DNA of 59,005 nt, the filler included, from Sphacelaria rigidula (Eukaryota): NCBI GenBank assembly GCA_964200075.2. It is 8 parts of 8 records of this genome, joined end to end, with 100 filler letters (N's around TTAATTAATTAA, not from the genome) between each part and the next. Parts side by side here need not be neighbours in the genome. Positions count along the whole stretch, not along the records: positions 44,330 to 51,617 come from CAXNAA020015621.1; positions 51,718 to 59,005 come from CAXNAA020015622.1; 6 more parts are not named here. The stretch is one strand, 5' to 3'. Positions 48,409 to 59,005 of the stretch are shown piece after piece. How positions within the stretch are numbered: position 1 is the first letter of the stretch; every line of letters starts with the position of its first letter. A program made the position numbers and the translations under genes. The notes beneath the pieces were generated by a model. The model was not told where the DNA came from. It did no database searches and saw nothing but the letters and a program-made list of their open reading frames with translations.

Positions 48409-51400
48409 GCGGCTGGTTGTACGCTTCAACATGTATAATTGCGGCAGCATTTATTTGCACTTCCTGTGCTATTTGAGGCAAACAGCGGCCACAAGTAATT
48501 TCTCGAGGAATCGAAGCCAAGAGCACATATGGGAGTAAGAGCTACTATTCCGTGCGGACTAATGAGCACTATTTGCGGTGGTAGTGCGACTCTCATGGTC
48601 AGCATTTGAACCCCGTCGAGCGCTTTTAGCTTTTGAACCCCGTCGATCGGTTTTACTCGGCAGCTCTTGGTGACTGCGGACCCGAAGCGCAAAAGCCTCG
48701 GAGGCATTTTCGCTGCTGGTTCTAGGCCCGCTCTCGACGGCTTCAGATCGAGAATCAAAATGGATTCCGATTTCAATTTCGATTTGCTTCTTGTCGAGGG
48801 ACGGCCTCACGGGAACCGGAGCGAAGTAACAGCATGGGCTCATTTTCAGCGGTTCACATCTTGTGCCGAGTGGTGCATAAGCACACCTCGTCATGATTAC
48901 GTCGGACGAAATAAAACGAAGTGAAACCGCCGAGATGTCTATGGTATAACGACCCATTTTACTTGCATGTGTGTCGCAAGGTGTCCGGTACAGCCGGGGC
49001 GATCGTAGCATCACGGTAACCTTCACGTTCAAGAACAGGCGAGAGTGACGCCCCTGATCCACAACCCTCGGCGTAAGAAATCACTCATGCACAAGTCTAC
49101 CAGCTAGTACAGCTTATCCCTCTTGATACGTAGATTGGGAACGCCACGCATCACGAGCTGGCGGTTGGCGGTGGGGATGGTGTGGGGGTGTTTAAATCCC
49201 AGCACCTGTTCTCGGTCATGAGCGTAAAGGTAATAAGGTAAAGAAAGCTTTAAAGCTTGATCGAGTTGTCTCGAGGAAGCAAGAACCTTTAGCCCTTAAA
49301 AACCGAGTTGACCCTTTTCATCATCGATATTCTCCTGGAAAAACACTTTCAGGGTCAGCTGCACCATAGTTGTCGAGAGACTCAAGCTCGAAACGCTCAT
49401 AATGAGACGGGTGTTATACACCGTCACCTACCGGTCAAGCACGGACTGCCTCTATTCTAAGAAGCGTGACCGATTGGATTGACATACCTACTTCCGTTGT
49501 TGCCGTTGCCTTCGTTGGACGGCCTGTCGCCTGCTTCACTCTCGTCTAAAGGCTCAATTCTCGACATGACAGAAGTGTGGACTAACTGTTCCGCTCCTCC
49601 GGTCTGCGTCCGCTATTGCAGACAACGCTGACCCTCAGCGCTTTGTGTCCTGCAACGTATGTGTGTACGGTAGAGCCTGGATAAACGTACACTGCTATGT
49701 TATCTGTATACAAAGGTTGACCGTCTACAGTAACAGAACAGTTTATGTTGTATCTAGTCAGGATCGGGTACACCCTCAAGTACATCTTCCGAATATTCGC
49801 AGGTACACGTCTGGCTTGGAACTTTGACATGCAACTTCCGACTTTATCAGCTGTCCTTATGATTACGGGAACCTGGTTACTATACTGTATTTGCAAACAA
49901 GGAAACGAATCTCTCTTGTAGATTGCCTCTCCATGCATAATCAGCGGAAAGCACCGTATGAAGACCTTGGTGTGATGCCTGCATACTTCTCACGCGTTTC
50001 CATCGGATTATCGGATTTACTCCCAAACCAAGTAGCAGGCAGCAAGGACCTAGATTACCTTGAGATTACACTGATAATAATACACCAGTGGCATTTTGTC
50101 TCGGGTGGGGGTGTACATGCCAGTAAGTTGTTGAGCATTTTCAATACCGGCGGATCCTGTTGTGTTCCTGTGCAAAGGACCTTCCTCATATAATGTGGAT
50201 ATGTGCCTATTTCATAACTATGTTTACATATCAAAATGACGAAATGACTACTTGTAGAAGGCTGAAAAAAAGTAGTGCAGTCGCCTAGTGACCGCGGCTC
50301 AGAATATTTATCACACTTGATTCAACTCAAGGGGCGATGTCATCGCGGTGAAAATATACAAACAAAAAGACTAGCATGCCAGCAACCACCGAGCATCTGC
50401 CTACGGGCAGGAAGCCCATCAACCCCAGTACCACACCTTTATACAAGAAGACCACGGCCTACCAATTATTCATGAGAGCGGTGCGAGAAGACATGAACAG
50501 AAAGTTTGGCGGGGGTCAGGCGGCGGCCGACTGGATAAACAACAAAATCGATGATGAGGTGAATCACGATGTGTAGAATGAGCTGCGCAGTAGGTGATTG
50601 GGATCAGCACACTCGTTTCTCGAAGAAACCTTGATTTTCACCGGCAGACACTACTTTATACAGCCTTCGGCGGTGTTGCTGCCCTATTTTTCGATAATAT
50701 CGATGTTGAATTATCCGCGTTACCAGGGGTGGTAAACCCCGCAATTACGTCCTGTTCCGAGATTTGGGAGTTTTTTTCATTTACTCTTCAGCGGACCAGT
50801 CGCTAAAAATCGGTATACGGCCGACACACCGCCTGTATTTTGCGCCAAAAATCGGCCATAGCTGAGTCCGTGTCTCATCAAGACCACCCCAAAAAAGGGA
50901 AAAGGAGCAAGCGCTCTCAAGCAGGATGGTGATTGGTCACCAAAACCATAGTCCCACCTTACGATCCAACATGCCGCTTTGCACGCTTGTTCCCTTTCAC
51001 GCTTCATTATTTCTCCTTGATGAGACACGGCCTGAAAACCCACTTCAGAAATGCACCAAATGCAGCTGCCTGATTGGCGGAGTCACGCCGCCAACGGATT
51101 CTGGCGAAAGGCACGCGCGGTGTACTAGTGGCAACTCCATTTTGCTTTCACCGGTTTTTGACGACTTCACCGGTTTTCGCCGATCGAAGTGCCTGACCGC
51201 ACCAGCCCCAAAACATGCACTCGTCCCCATACCCTCTGTTGACTTTCGGTGGCTGGCCCTTTTCGGGAGTTTTCTCTTGTCATGCCGACCACCACCTTCG
51301 CAATCCATGGACGGCCCTACCCACAATCACGCGGCGGTTACACAGCTTCGAAGAGGACGGGCGATTAAATCATCACGGAGCAAAAAAATAGTCAGTCCAA

Positions 51401-51617
51401 AGCAGAACGCACCGCCGTCCTACGAAGAAGATCAAAAGCAAAATGTGTCGCTGGATGAAATAATCAAACACGCTCACAGGCACTCTCGTCCCGGTTGGCA
51501 TTGCATGTACAGCCACGACTGTTTTTCACAACAGACGACGGCCGACACTTTCTACGATAGCCGCCCCCCCCAAAAAAGTGCATGGTTTTGGGAGGCAAAA
51601 TCTTGACGTAAATCGAG

Positions 51618-51717
51618 NNNNNNNNNNNNNNNNNNNNNNNNNNNNNNNNNNNNNNNNNNNNTTAATTAATTAANNNNNNNNNNNNNNNNNNNNNNNNNNN
51701 NNNNNNNNNNNNNNNNN
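51618..51717. other. Artificial 100-nt spacer
   Basis: N44-TTAATTAATTAA-N44. Confidence 0.98.
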
Positions 51718-51924
51718 CTTGAATTTAGTCCAGGGAATGCACGGCTTTTGAGTTGAACCTCATTTTTGTTTTCAACCCCATTTTCGAAAATCGGCTGTTA
51801 CTTATAAAATTGTGTCAACCATTCTAAAATATAGCCCAACGACGGTTAACCAGCCTCCGTCGATCGGCCGCCTCCTTGATAATCGGAAGTAACGTCCCAG
51901 CCTATGTTCCCAGTGGTAGGTTAA

Positions 51925-52022
51925 CCCTTAGACCGCGAAATTAGTCTTTCTGGACCATGCATACTTGTTTTCACTTGAAATTGATGCCGATTCAACAGAA
52001 GACTAACCTCGCGGTCTAAGGG
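51925..52022. mobile_element. 98-bp piggyBac-like MITE
   Basis: TTAA|CCCTTAGACCGCG...CGCGGTCTAAGGG|TTAA. Confidence 0.88.
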
Positions 52023-52406
52023 TTAAAGGCTTATGTCACCTGATTACGAATCTTCTACGTGCTCTAGTTCGAATTAGAGGTAGTGATATGGTCAACGTAA
52101 CTGCAGCACAATGGTTTTCAACAAATCAAACATGCTTTATCGACAGCTACCCAGTAGGTTGCATCGTGAAATCCCCATGTCACGACGAAGTTGTTCCGAT
52201 TATTATATACAATGAGAGGGTACCCTACCGGTCAGGTACCATTCCCAAGAATCGGACGGTCACCGTCGTCAGTATTTCCTTTCAGAGAGAAACAATTTGC
52301 GCTCCGGACCACAAGAATTGGGTTTTCATTTTTTCCCATTATTTTCCGAGCCGTCGTTTGCCTATATTATACATGGTTGCACACACAAACGGCATGTTGT
52401 TGCCAG

Positions 52407-52432
52407 GTGGCTGGTGCAGGTGTACGGTGGTC
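52407..52432 (+). CDS. Candidate 26-nt micro-exon of the fragment-8 gene
   Basis: gttgttgccag| acceptor and |gtgagc donor. Encodes VAGAGVRWS and ends in phase 2, matching the acceptor at 55634. Confidence 0.3.
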
Positions 52433-52784
52433 GTGAGCAATATTTCGAATCTCAGACCAAGGAAAGATTCGAGCCAGAACTTAGCGGTTGAGAACCACGT
52501 CACAGTCTGCGAAGGTGTCAACAGTCTCATGCGATAGCGAACTCGAACTACTGTGACCCACGGCGTGTTGTGTTTTTTCTCGACAAGAAAAGGCGACACA
52601 TCGCACGCGAGTCATCAACCGGCGCGTTTAGCCTTGATACTCTTTCGCCTCGGGCTCGTGGAGCCTATTTTAGGGGCATCTACTGAAAATTCATATCAGT
52701 AGAGTTTACCAGCATTGGACTCCGTTTCAAAATGGTTGATATTACTTCATTCGAGTGTGAACTATGAGAATCGGAATTTTACCA

Positions 52785-52965
52785 GGGCTGACAGTCCTGT
52801 GTGCTCCTCGCGTGCACAGAACGTGTTTTCGTTGAAATCGGCGCCACAGGCGCCGAATTGGGGTCCACCGAGGCCGCACTTTGCCTACTGTAGGGAATGT
52901 TTGTTACGCCCTAGCCCGAGGGTTCTCGGTATGCATTGGGTTGGAGTTAGGCTTAGGGTTAGCGA
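52785..52965. repeat. Second copy of the hairpin/telomere-like repeat (inverted relative to 3481-3650)
   Basis: AAATCGGCGCC-aca-GGCGCCGAATT at 52835-52859 and GTTAGGCTTAGGGTTAG at the right end. Confidence 0.6.
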
Positions 52966-53016
52966 CACTTGTAACATTGTGTCAACCATTTTAGAACGTA
53001 GCCTAACGACGGTTAA

Positions 53017-53119
53017 CCCCTTCGACCGCGGTACGGGTAGTCCATCCGGATCACGCATCGTTTTTTCACGTGAAAATTGATGCCGATTGAGCAGATGACC
53101 TACCCTCACGGTCTAAGGG
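53017..53119. mobile_element. piggyBac-like MITE, copy 2
   Basis: TTAA|CCCCTTCGACCGCG...CACGGTCTAAGGG|TTCA. Shares an internal TTTCAC(G/T)TGAAA(A)TTGATGCCGATT core with copy 1. Confidence 0.8.
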
Positions 53120-53608
53120 TTCACTAGCCTCTTATTATGCTACACGTCAACGTGTCGTGCAACAATTTGAAATGCGCGTGTGACCGTCTTTCGAGTAAAT
53201 TCTTGACTGTCAATCCGATCTGTTACTTTCCATCTCACGAAAACATTGTTGACGTTTTTCGACAGCGAAGAGGGTTTTGCGGATTCCGCTACTGTACCTC
53301 GGAATGGCTTTCTTGCTGTCACTGTTTGAGAGGTTCCGGGGAACTTTTGCGTGGTTTGGGGGGCGCAAGTGTATTTTTAGGTAGGCGGACAAGAAAGTTC
53401 TAGGACATATGGTCGTCGTCGAATTTCCGAGAACTTGACATCTTGTTTGTTGATTCTTGGTGGGTAGCGCGGAAAGACCCCCAATCCGCTTCGAAGACAA
53501 AGTATCTTACGCCGGAAAACACAAAAAAAGAAGATGGAAAGAGCACTGGACCCCATCTCGGGTGTTACTTGCAGATCAATCTGTTTCGAGGTGATGGCAT
53601 CCGCGTAA

Positions 53609-53709
53609 CCCTTGGCCCGCGAGGGTAGGTCACCTGCTGGATTGGCATCAATTTCACTTGAAAAAAGGATACATGATCCAGATGGACTACCTGCATAGCG
53701 GTCTAAGGG
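53609..53709. mobile_element. piggyBac-like MITE, copy 3 (inverted)
   Basis: GTAA|CCCTTGGCCCGCG...GCGGTCTAAGGG|TTCA, with the internal core reversed. Confidence 0.75.
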
Positions 53710-53777
53710 TTCAAGTCGTTTTCTCGGGGAAGTACAGTGGTGGTAGGAGGGCCGAAAAGGCACTTTTCTGGAGTATG

Positions 53778-54020
53778 ACGTAATGGGTATGCAAAAGTCG
53801 ACTTCGCGGTCGACAAGGGAAAGGGACTGCTGAACCCCTCTCGCGATAGAAGTTGAGGCAAGCACCGCAGAAGGAAGCTGGAATACTAGAACGAAAAAAA
53901 AAGACAAGAAAATTATTGTGTTCGCCTTCCTCCTGCGTGAACCCGGCTGATGCGCCCACACATACCGAACGGTGTAAACTAGCGTCCAGAAATTTTGGGA
54001 TGACAGCACACACAAACACA
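53778..54020 (+). mobile_element. SINE family A, 5'-truncated, with (CA)n tail
   Basis: Reverse complement of 40365-40610. Confidence 0.75.
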
Positions 54021-55142
54021 ATATTCGATCATAGGAAGCAGACTGAACATTTTCCTATAGTGAAAGACGCTGAGCACGACGCTTCACATCATGCGTTTTT
54101 GTCCGTTTCTCGAGCTTCTTTGTAGGGCCCTCTCTTCAATTCTATCCACGGTGAGTGAGCGTATCTTGTTACCGCGGCTGATTTTTTCTGTATTCCTGGA
54201 GGATGAGTTGCTGCGTGATGAACAATCGGTCAAAGGATCTATACATGTATCCGATGTATCCCTGTGTTCAATATTTGAGCTTTCGAGCTGTGCGCCAGAC
54301 AACGGCAGGCTTTGGACTAGATTTTTCCAATCAAATGTGCTACAATCAATCAATCAAGTTTGGGGAAAATCTCTGCTTCATGATCCCTCTGCTGTCCCAC
54401 ACAAAGAATAGCTCTCGTCGACACGGAAAGATTTACAGTTTCACCGTTCATCTCCTAGGTAAATACATGCCCTATGTCGCGTTATCCTGGTATCGATTGT
54501 TCCTGGCGTGCTTCCAAGTTTTTGGAAATAAACTGGTTCTCCGTGAACCGCTCTGCGCCTCCATCGGAGAATCGAGAGCGAACCTTATGCAGGGTTCTAC
54601 CCGAAGGGAAAACGAAAAAGGCGAATTGCGATGTTGAAATCCCTCTCTGGTCATAGATAGTGGGTGTTAGGCACTTCCATGTTGAACGGCAAAATGGGTT
54701 GTTTTCCCGCGGCGAGTGTTTTCGTGTTTTAACGCCAACCATGTTGCCTGGCGGAAAAAAAGTTGAAGGTGTAGAAGTCTAACAACACACCGAAACCAGC
54801 AACAAAAGGGGGAGAATCGTCACCCCCTTCGACAGAAGATTTTCGATCACTTACAGTACATGTGTGGGAAAATGTCGAAGAACGCACAGCGACTTAAAAA
54901 AATCAACATCTACTCCTAAATCCTGCGCATAACAGCACGTACACTACATCCGTTACATGCACTACAGCTCAGCCTATTTGCCTTGATATTGACATGCCCC
55001 CCCCCGTTCATACCGCTCAAGGTGGCATGAAATCGTTTGATGCATCAGATATTAGGGGGCGAAAACGATCGCTATACTAGGAGATAGATGGTGGCCACAG
55101 ACCGTGGAACAGGACGGGGATAAGATATGTAAAAGGTTTTGT

Positions 55143-55290
55143 GTAATGTATGGAAGGAACTTAATTAGCGCCGAAATGTTGGAGGTGCCTCTACTAGAAA
55201 ACGGAAAGGTGCCCCCTCTCGAAAGGGTTGCGTGATCAATGGTCGAACGACTAAGAAAAGCAATAAATGAGTGCGCCCCCCTACCCACCC
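55143..55290 (+). repeat. Poly-C-terminated repeat family copy (long subtype)
   Basis: Homologous to 41277-41434. Ends AATGAGTGCGCCCCCC. Confidence 0.75.
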
Positions 55291-55489
55291 ATGAAGCAGT
55301 GTAAAACGTCGCCGTCTCAGGAAGTGGCGAGACCAGAAGATGACGCGACTCATTCGAGGCTGCCATCCATATGCACGCAGTCTGTACACTTCGGATCGGA
55401 AATCTTAGCAGGATGCAGCTCTTCCTCATGCGACTCGACGAAGACATCGCGGCGCTTCGCGCTTGGTGATGGCAGGCCTGGTCCGGCAC

Positions 55490-55600
55490 AAGCCCGGCGT
55501 GATCCGCCCCGGCTTTGCAGGAATGCGAGGCCGAAAATCTCATGACCAGGGCATACAAGATCATGAGTACCCCCCCGCCCCACCCCTCCCCGCCTCCCCG
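55490..55600 (+). repeat. Poly-C-terminated repeat family copy (diverged short subtype)
   Basis: ...GCATACAAGATCATGAGTACCCCCCCG. Confidence 0.6.
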
Positions 55601-55633
55601 CTTCCGCGCGATGTAAACGACCCACCATGACAG

Positions 55634-55765
55634 TTCGGTGCAGACAGTGTGCAACGGTTGGAAAAATCACGACGTCCTCAAGATATATGCCCGTCCCGCG
55701 GGCGGCTCATCCGTGACTTGCCGAGACCTCGTCGTAAGACGCTTGTGTGGCAGCGCGGCGACGTG
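55634..55765 (+). CDS. Probable penultimate exon (acceptor 55634 or 55644)
   Basis: Peptide SVQTVCNGWKNHDVLKIYARPAGGSSVTCRDLVVRRLCG. TG|gtacgg donor (phase 2) matches the acceptor at 56416. Confidence 0.5.
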
Positions 55766-56415
55766 GTACGGTGTTCTTTGGTTGGATGCTGAGGGCGTTG
55801 GCAGCGATGGCGGGCGGGGTAGATGGCGAAACGAAGATGTGGGTCAACTGGGTTCCGGACGTACACTCAAATGTGTGCATGAATACCACCACTCCGAAAA
55901 GACCTCCGCCAAGTACACATGTAGTACGGGCCAAAGAAAATCATAATGACCCACAAGCATGGTGTTTTCAAGCGTACACGCACTAACCTCAGCAGAGCAT
56001 GACGTGCTTGCTGGAAGGAATATGAATATATGAACGGCATATATTCCGGTAGCAAAATCATCTTCGTTCTGTGTTGACCATGCAAGTCAAAGCGTCACTT
56101 CCGTTCTCTAAACCATGGCTGGTTGGATGACACCGTCGATGGCATCTGGACAGCGCGTCGAGACGTTCGTCGATCGCATTTAGTTTACAGGTGGCGACAC
56201 AGCAAACGCTCTCACTGCTGTTGCTACTCTCTGTTGAAGAAATGAACGACCGTATCTAATTGACATTGCACGCCATCATCAAATCGCATTCCTTCGCTTC
56301 CTGCTCCCCACTTGTACCATCCCAAAAATACAAAGCAGGCGCCGCGAGCCCCCACCTTTCCTGAAAAGTGGCAGGTGGCTCACCAACTCACCAACTATCC
56401 GCCACAACCGCAAAG

Positions 56416-57412
56416 CCTCGCTTCGACCGACACCGGCCCAATCGGCACCAATGCTTCCGCAGATAGGCCTCCTGGTGGCTACACCACCCCTGCCCATGAC
56501 GGTGATACCCGCGGCGTCTTTCGTCTACGCCAGGTGCACGTGGCCTTCGGCGGCCGACTCAGCGCCTCCTGGGACGCGGCGTGGGTCGATCACGACAGCA
56601 TAAGGGGTCGGAACAGCAGCTATGATTTTGGTGAACGCCGCGCCAGTAATAGTGGGGGTCGACGCTGCGGGAGTGGCGACCGTGATGGTGTGCTGGGACA
56701 AATTTTACAACGGCGACGGCCATGTGCGTACTCCTGGGCTATCGTGAGGACGCGTTGTGGGGAGGGTGGCGGCGACGGTGGTGAGGTCACTAGTAGTACT
56801 GGTGCCCCCCACTCAAGGCCGCGAATCGTGTCGGCAGGGGTGGTTCAGGGACCGGATGGGACCGGGGGCGAGGGAAATAGCAATATTTGTAGGATGGTGA
56901 AAATGGACGTTTTGTCCCCTTGGAAATGGCACAGAATCGAGGCAGAAACTGACGGCTGGCTCCCCGGTGACCTGCTGAGCCTCTGGGCGAAGGTCGACGA
57001 TAGAATTATTACCGGCAGTACCATTGTCAATAACGGCGACAACACCGGCGACAACAACGGCAACTGCGCAGGCAACAAGACAAGAGCAGTACGGCATAAT
57101 GAAGGGTACCACACCTTGAGAGACAGTTCCGGTGACGACAGCGGAACTGCCGCGGAGGGCGGCTTCTTCGGCCAGCCATCACTACCGCCCCGCGTGCGCG
57201 GATTTGTGCTGCGAGGGGTTGACGATGTAAGGAGCGTAGAAATTGCCGGGCGCGTCCGGAGCCCTCACGTACACCGCCGTGATGATGGTAGAGGCAGTAG
57301 CCATGGTAGCGCGTTTTCTAGTAGTAGTAGCAGTGCGGATTGTTGCAGGCGATTGGATTTCGCCGCGGTGTGTCCGATGAACATGGCGGCCGCTGGCGGT
57401 TCGTGGCAATGA
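56416..57412 (+). CDS. Terminal exon of an uncharacterised host protein (alternative acceptor 56463)
   Basis: Longest ORF in the window (366 codons from 56312), GC-rich. Hydrophobic beta-like blocks are separated by Gly/Ser/Asn-rich insertions. Stop at 57410-12. Confidence 0.65.
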
Positions 57413-57631
57413 TGGCAGGCACAAAAAATAAAGAAAAGAAAATCACCGATGAAATGTGTTACCCGTCATGTCAAGACTGTCCCAGGATTTTACCGCGAAA
57501 AAATCAAAATCGGGAAATCACCCGCACGTCCAGCACCCACAGATATCGTAGCAATATGACAAGAAGGAAGCAATAAATTATTTCCGGTCATGCCCCAACC
57601 TACCCGTTACTTTTATTTGATTGAACTTTGA

Positions 57632-57926
57632 CTTTTTTTGTCGCAATTTGAACCCCTCTCCTTCCTCGGGACGAGTCCATGGTCTCAAGGGATCATCCCA
57701 TCTACGCGCCTTGCATTTTGGTCTCTCGGATTGGATCAGCGCTCCTGCACCGCGTCAACTCACGTCAAACAAACTCAGTCGACTACTTTGTTTACTCACA
57801 TTCTCACGCATTCCACGGTGGAAATAACAAATAATACAAAGAAAAACACCACCACATCGGGAATCGAACCCTGGTTCTCTCCACCCTAAAGGCGACAGTC
57901 GGATCATTACACCACCGAGGTGCGGC
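57632..57926 (-). mobile_element. tRNA-derived SINE family B, full length
   Basis: Minus-strand head GCCGCACCTCGGTGGTGTAATGATCCG...GGGTTCGATTCCC and an A tail. Homologous to 16657-16985. Confidence 0.75.
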
Positions 57927-58940
57927 GACCTGTGTAGTGAACAATTTGGTGAAGATGGCCAAAGGGTAAGTTAGGAGTGAGATAAATACACTCACCACCC
58001 TGTACTGTACACCCCCGGTGATTTTGCGCGGGAACGAAAGTAGAAGTGGGTCGCGCGGTACGTTTTGGCGCGGTAGACTGATCGTGCCAGGCAACATGAT
58101 ATTACACTATATCAAGGCAGCAAGGCGTTCCTCGCGGAGGTTTAGTTTGTCGTAGTACTTGTCGAAATGGGATGGTCGTGATGCTTTTCTCGAACGCATC
58201 GTACACAACAAGGTGTTCGTGAGAGTAAGCTTTTTGACAGTTTGTGTCATCTGCGTCATGTTCACTTGAGAGGTTACTACGCGAACCTGATTTGCAACCC
58301 TGGCAGTCAAAGGGTTATAATTCCGAAGAGATAGTCGTTGGATGTATAATTCGAAAACAAAAAAGAGCCAAGACACGATTCTTTGGAATGCTTCGATGGT
58401 TGATATTTCCATTCTCCCATTTTATATTCTTAGTTCAACAAAACGGACACTTTCGTTCTCTCAGTCGTCAGTGCTTCATTCATTAGTAGGACCACATGAA
58501 AACAATTCGGAGGGCGTTCAGCGGAGGTACGTATGTGACTACGGTGGAGTTTTCATTGATCCGCACTACCACTACTATACTCCCGTACTGTATGCACTTA
58601 TTGTGCAGTATCAAAACATGGCATCGTCCCGCGGATATCGCCGTGCTGCATTCACTGCAACAAGCACATGTCCCAGGCAGGCGTTCTTTAACACGCCGCC
58701 CCTACTACCAACAGTGTCAACTACTTATTATCGGTGGCACCGCGTTCCATGAACACGAAGCTCAGATTCGTTGTAGTAACCAAAGATAGCCAAGAAAAAG
58801 CCCTGGACCCCCAACCGAATTTCCTCAGTTTGAGCCGGCCGAAGGGTGGAGGGGGGGGAGGTGTGGTATTGATTGCAGCACAAAAAATCCGAAACAAAAC
58901 AAGTCACTTGACCTTAGAGTGGGGACGAAAGAACTGGAAC

Positions 58941-59005
58941 TGGGGATGGGGGTGTACTCATGATCATGCTTGCCATAGTCATAAGACCATTGACCTCGCA
59001 TCCCT
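58941..59005 (-). repeat. Poly-C-terminated repeat family copy, cut by the window end
   Basis: GGGGGTGTACTCATGATCATGCTTGCCATAGTCATAAGACCATTGACCTCGCATCCCT. Confidence 0.75.

Noticed and set aside
48760..50600. Degenerate hAT transposase beginning with a BED-finger-like RSEVTAWAHF
   Set aside because: The Cys/His ligands, catalytic motifs and dimerisation motif could not be traced.
32488..57412. A single large gene linking exons in fragments 5, 6, 7 and 8 (including a good-looking 35-nt candidate exon at 49622-49656)
   Set aside because: Phases can be made to fit, but the model crosses three artificial spacers between apparently unrelated loci, so the fit may be chance.
1..59005. Prokaryote-type operon, defence system, Fanzor/TnpB or giant-virus insertion
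   Set aside because: There is no gene-dense intronless region and no RuvC, capsid or polymerase motifs. The long ORFs are exons or TE fragments.

Overview
This window is not one contiguous locus. It is eight equal-sized fragments (7,289 bp, then 7 x 7,288 bp) joined by identical 100-nt spacers (44 N + TTAATTAATTAA + 44 N) with an exact period of 7,388 bp, and the sequence on either side of each spacer does not continue. The DNA is eukaryotic, intron-rich and repeat-rich. By recalled resemblance of its SINEs and its copia and gypsy ORFs to Ectocarpus-type repeats, it is most likely from a brown alga (inference, not searched). Content: decayed autonomous transposon remnants (hAT transposase C-terminus, Ty1/copia gag with an internal tRNAiMet PBS, Ty3/gypsy RNase H and 3' end, probable copia RT/RNase H); many non-autonomous DNA elements (hAT elements with 8-bp TSDs, PIF/Tourist-like MITE chain, ~100-bp piggyBac-like MITEs, foldbacks); two tRNA-derived SINE families; a dispersed repeat that always ends in ATGAGT(A/G)(C/T) followed by a poly-C run; and partial spliced host genes (a SMYD/TPR-like C-terminus in fragment 4, a low-complexity gene in fragment 5, and a gene in fragment 8 with an apparently repeated Trp/Gly motif). 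Most ORFs in the supplied track are spurious. I found no convincing new multi-gene system. The best-supported unusual structures are a composite hAT unit with a perfect 8-bp TSD around two modules plus cargo (41760-43949), a piggyBac mini-MITE with its own empty paralogous site, and the poly-C-terminated repeat family.
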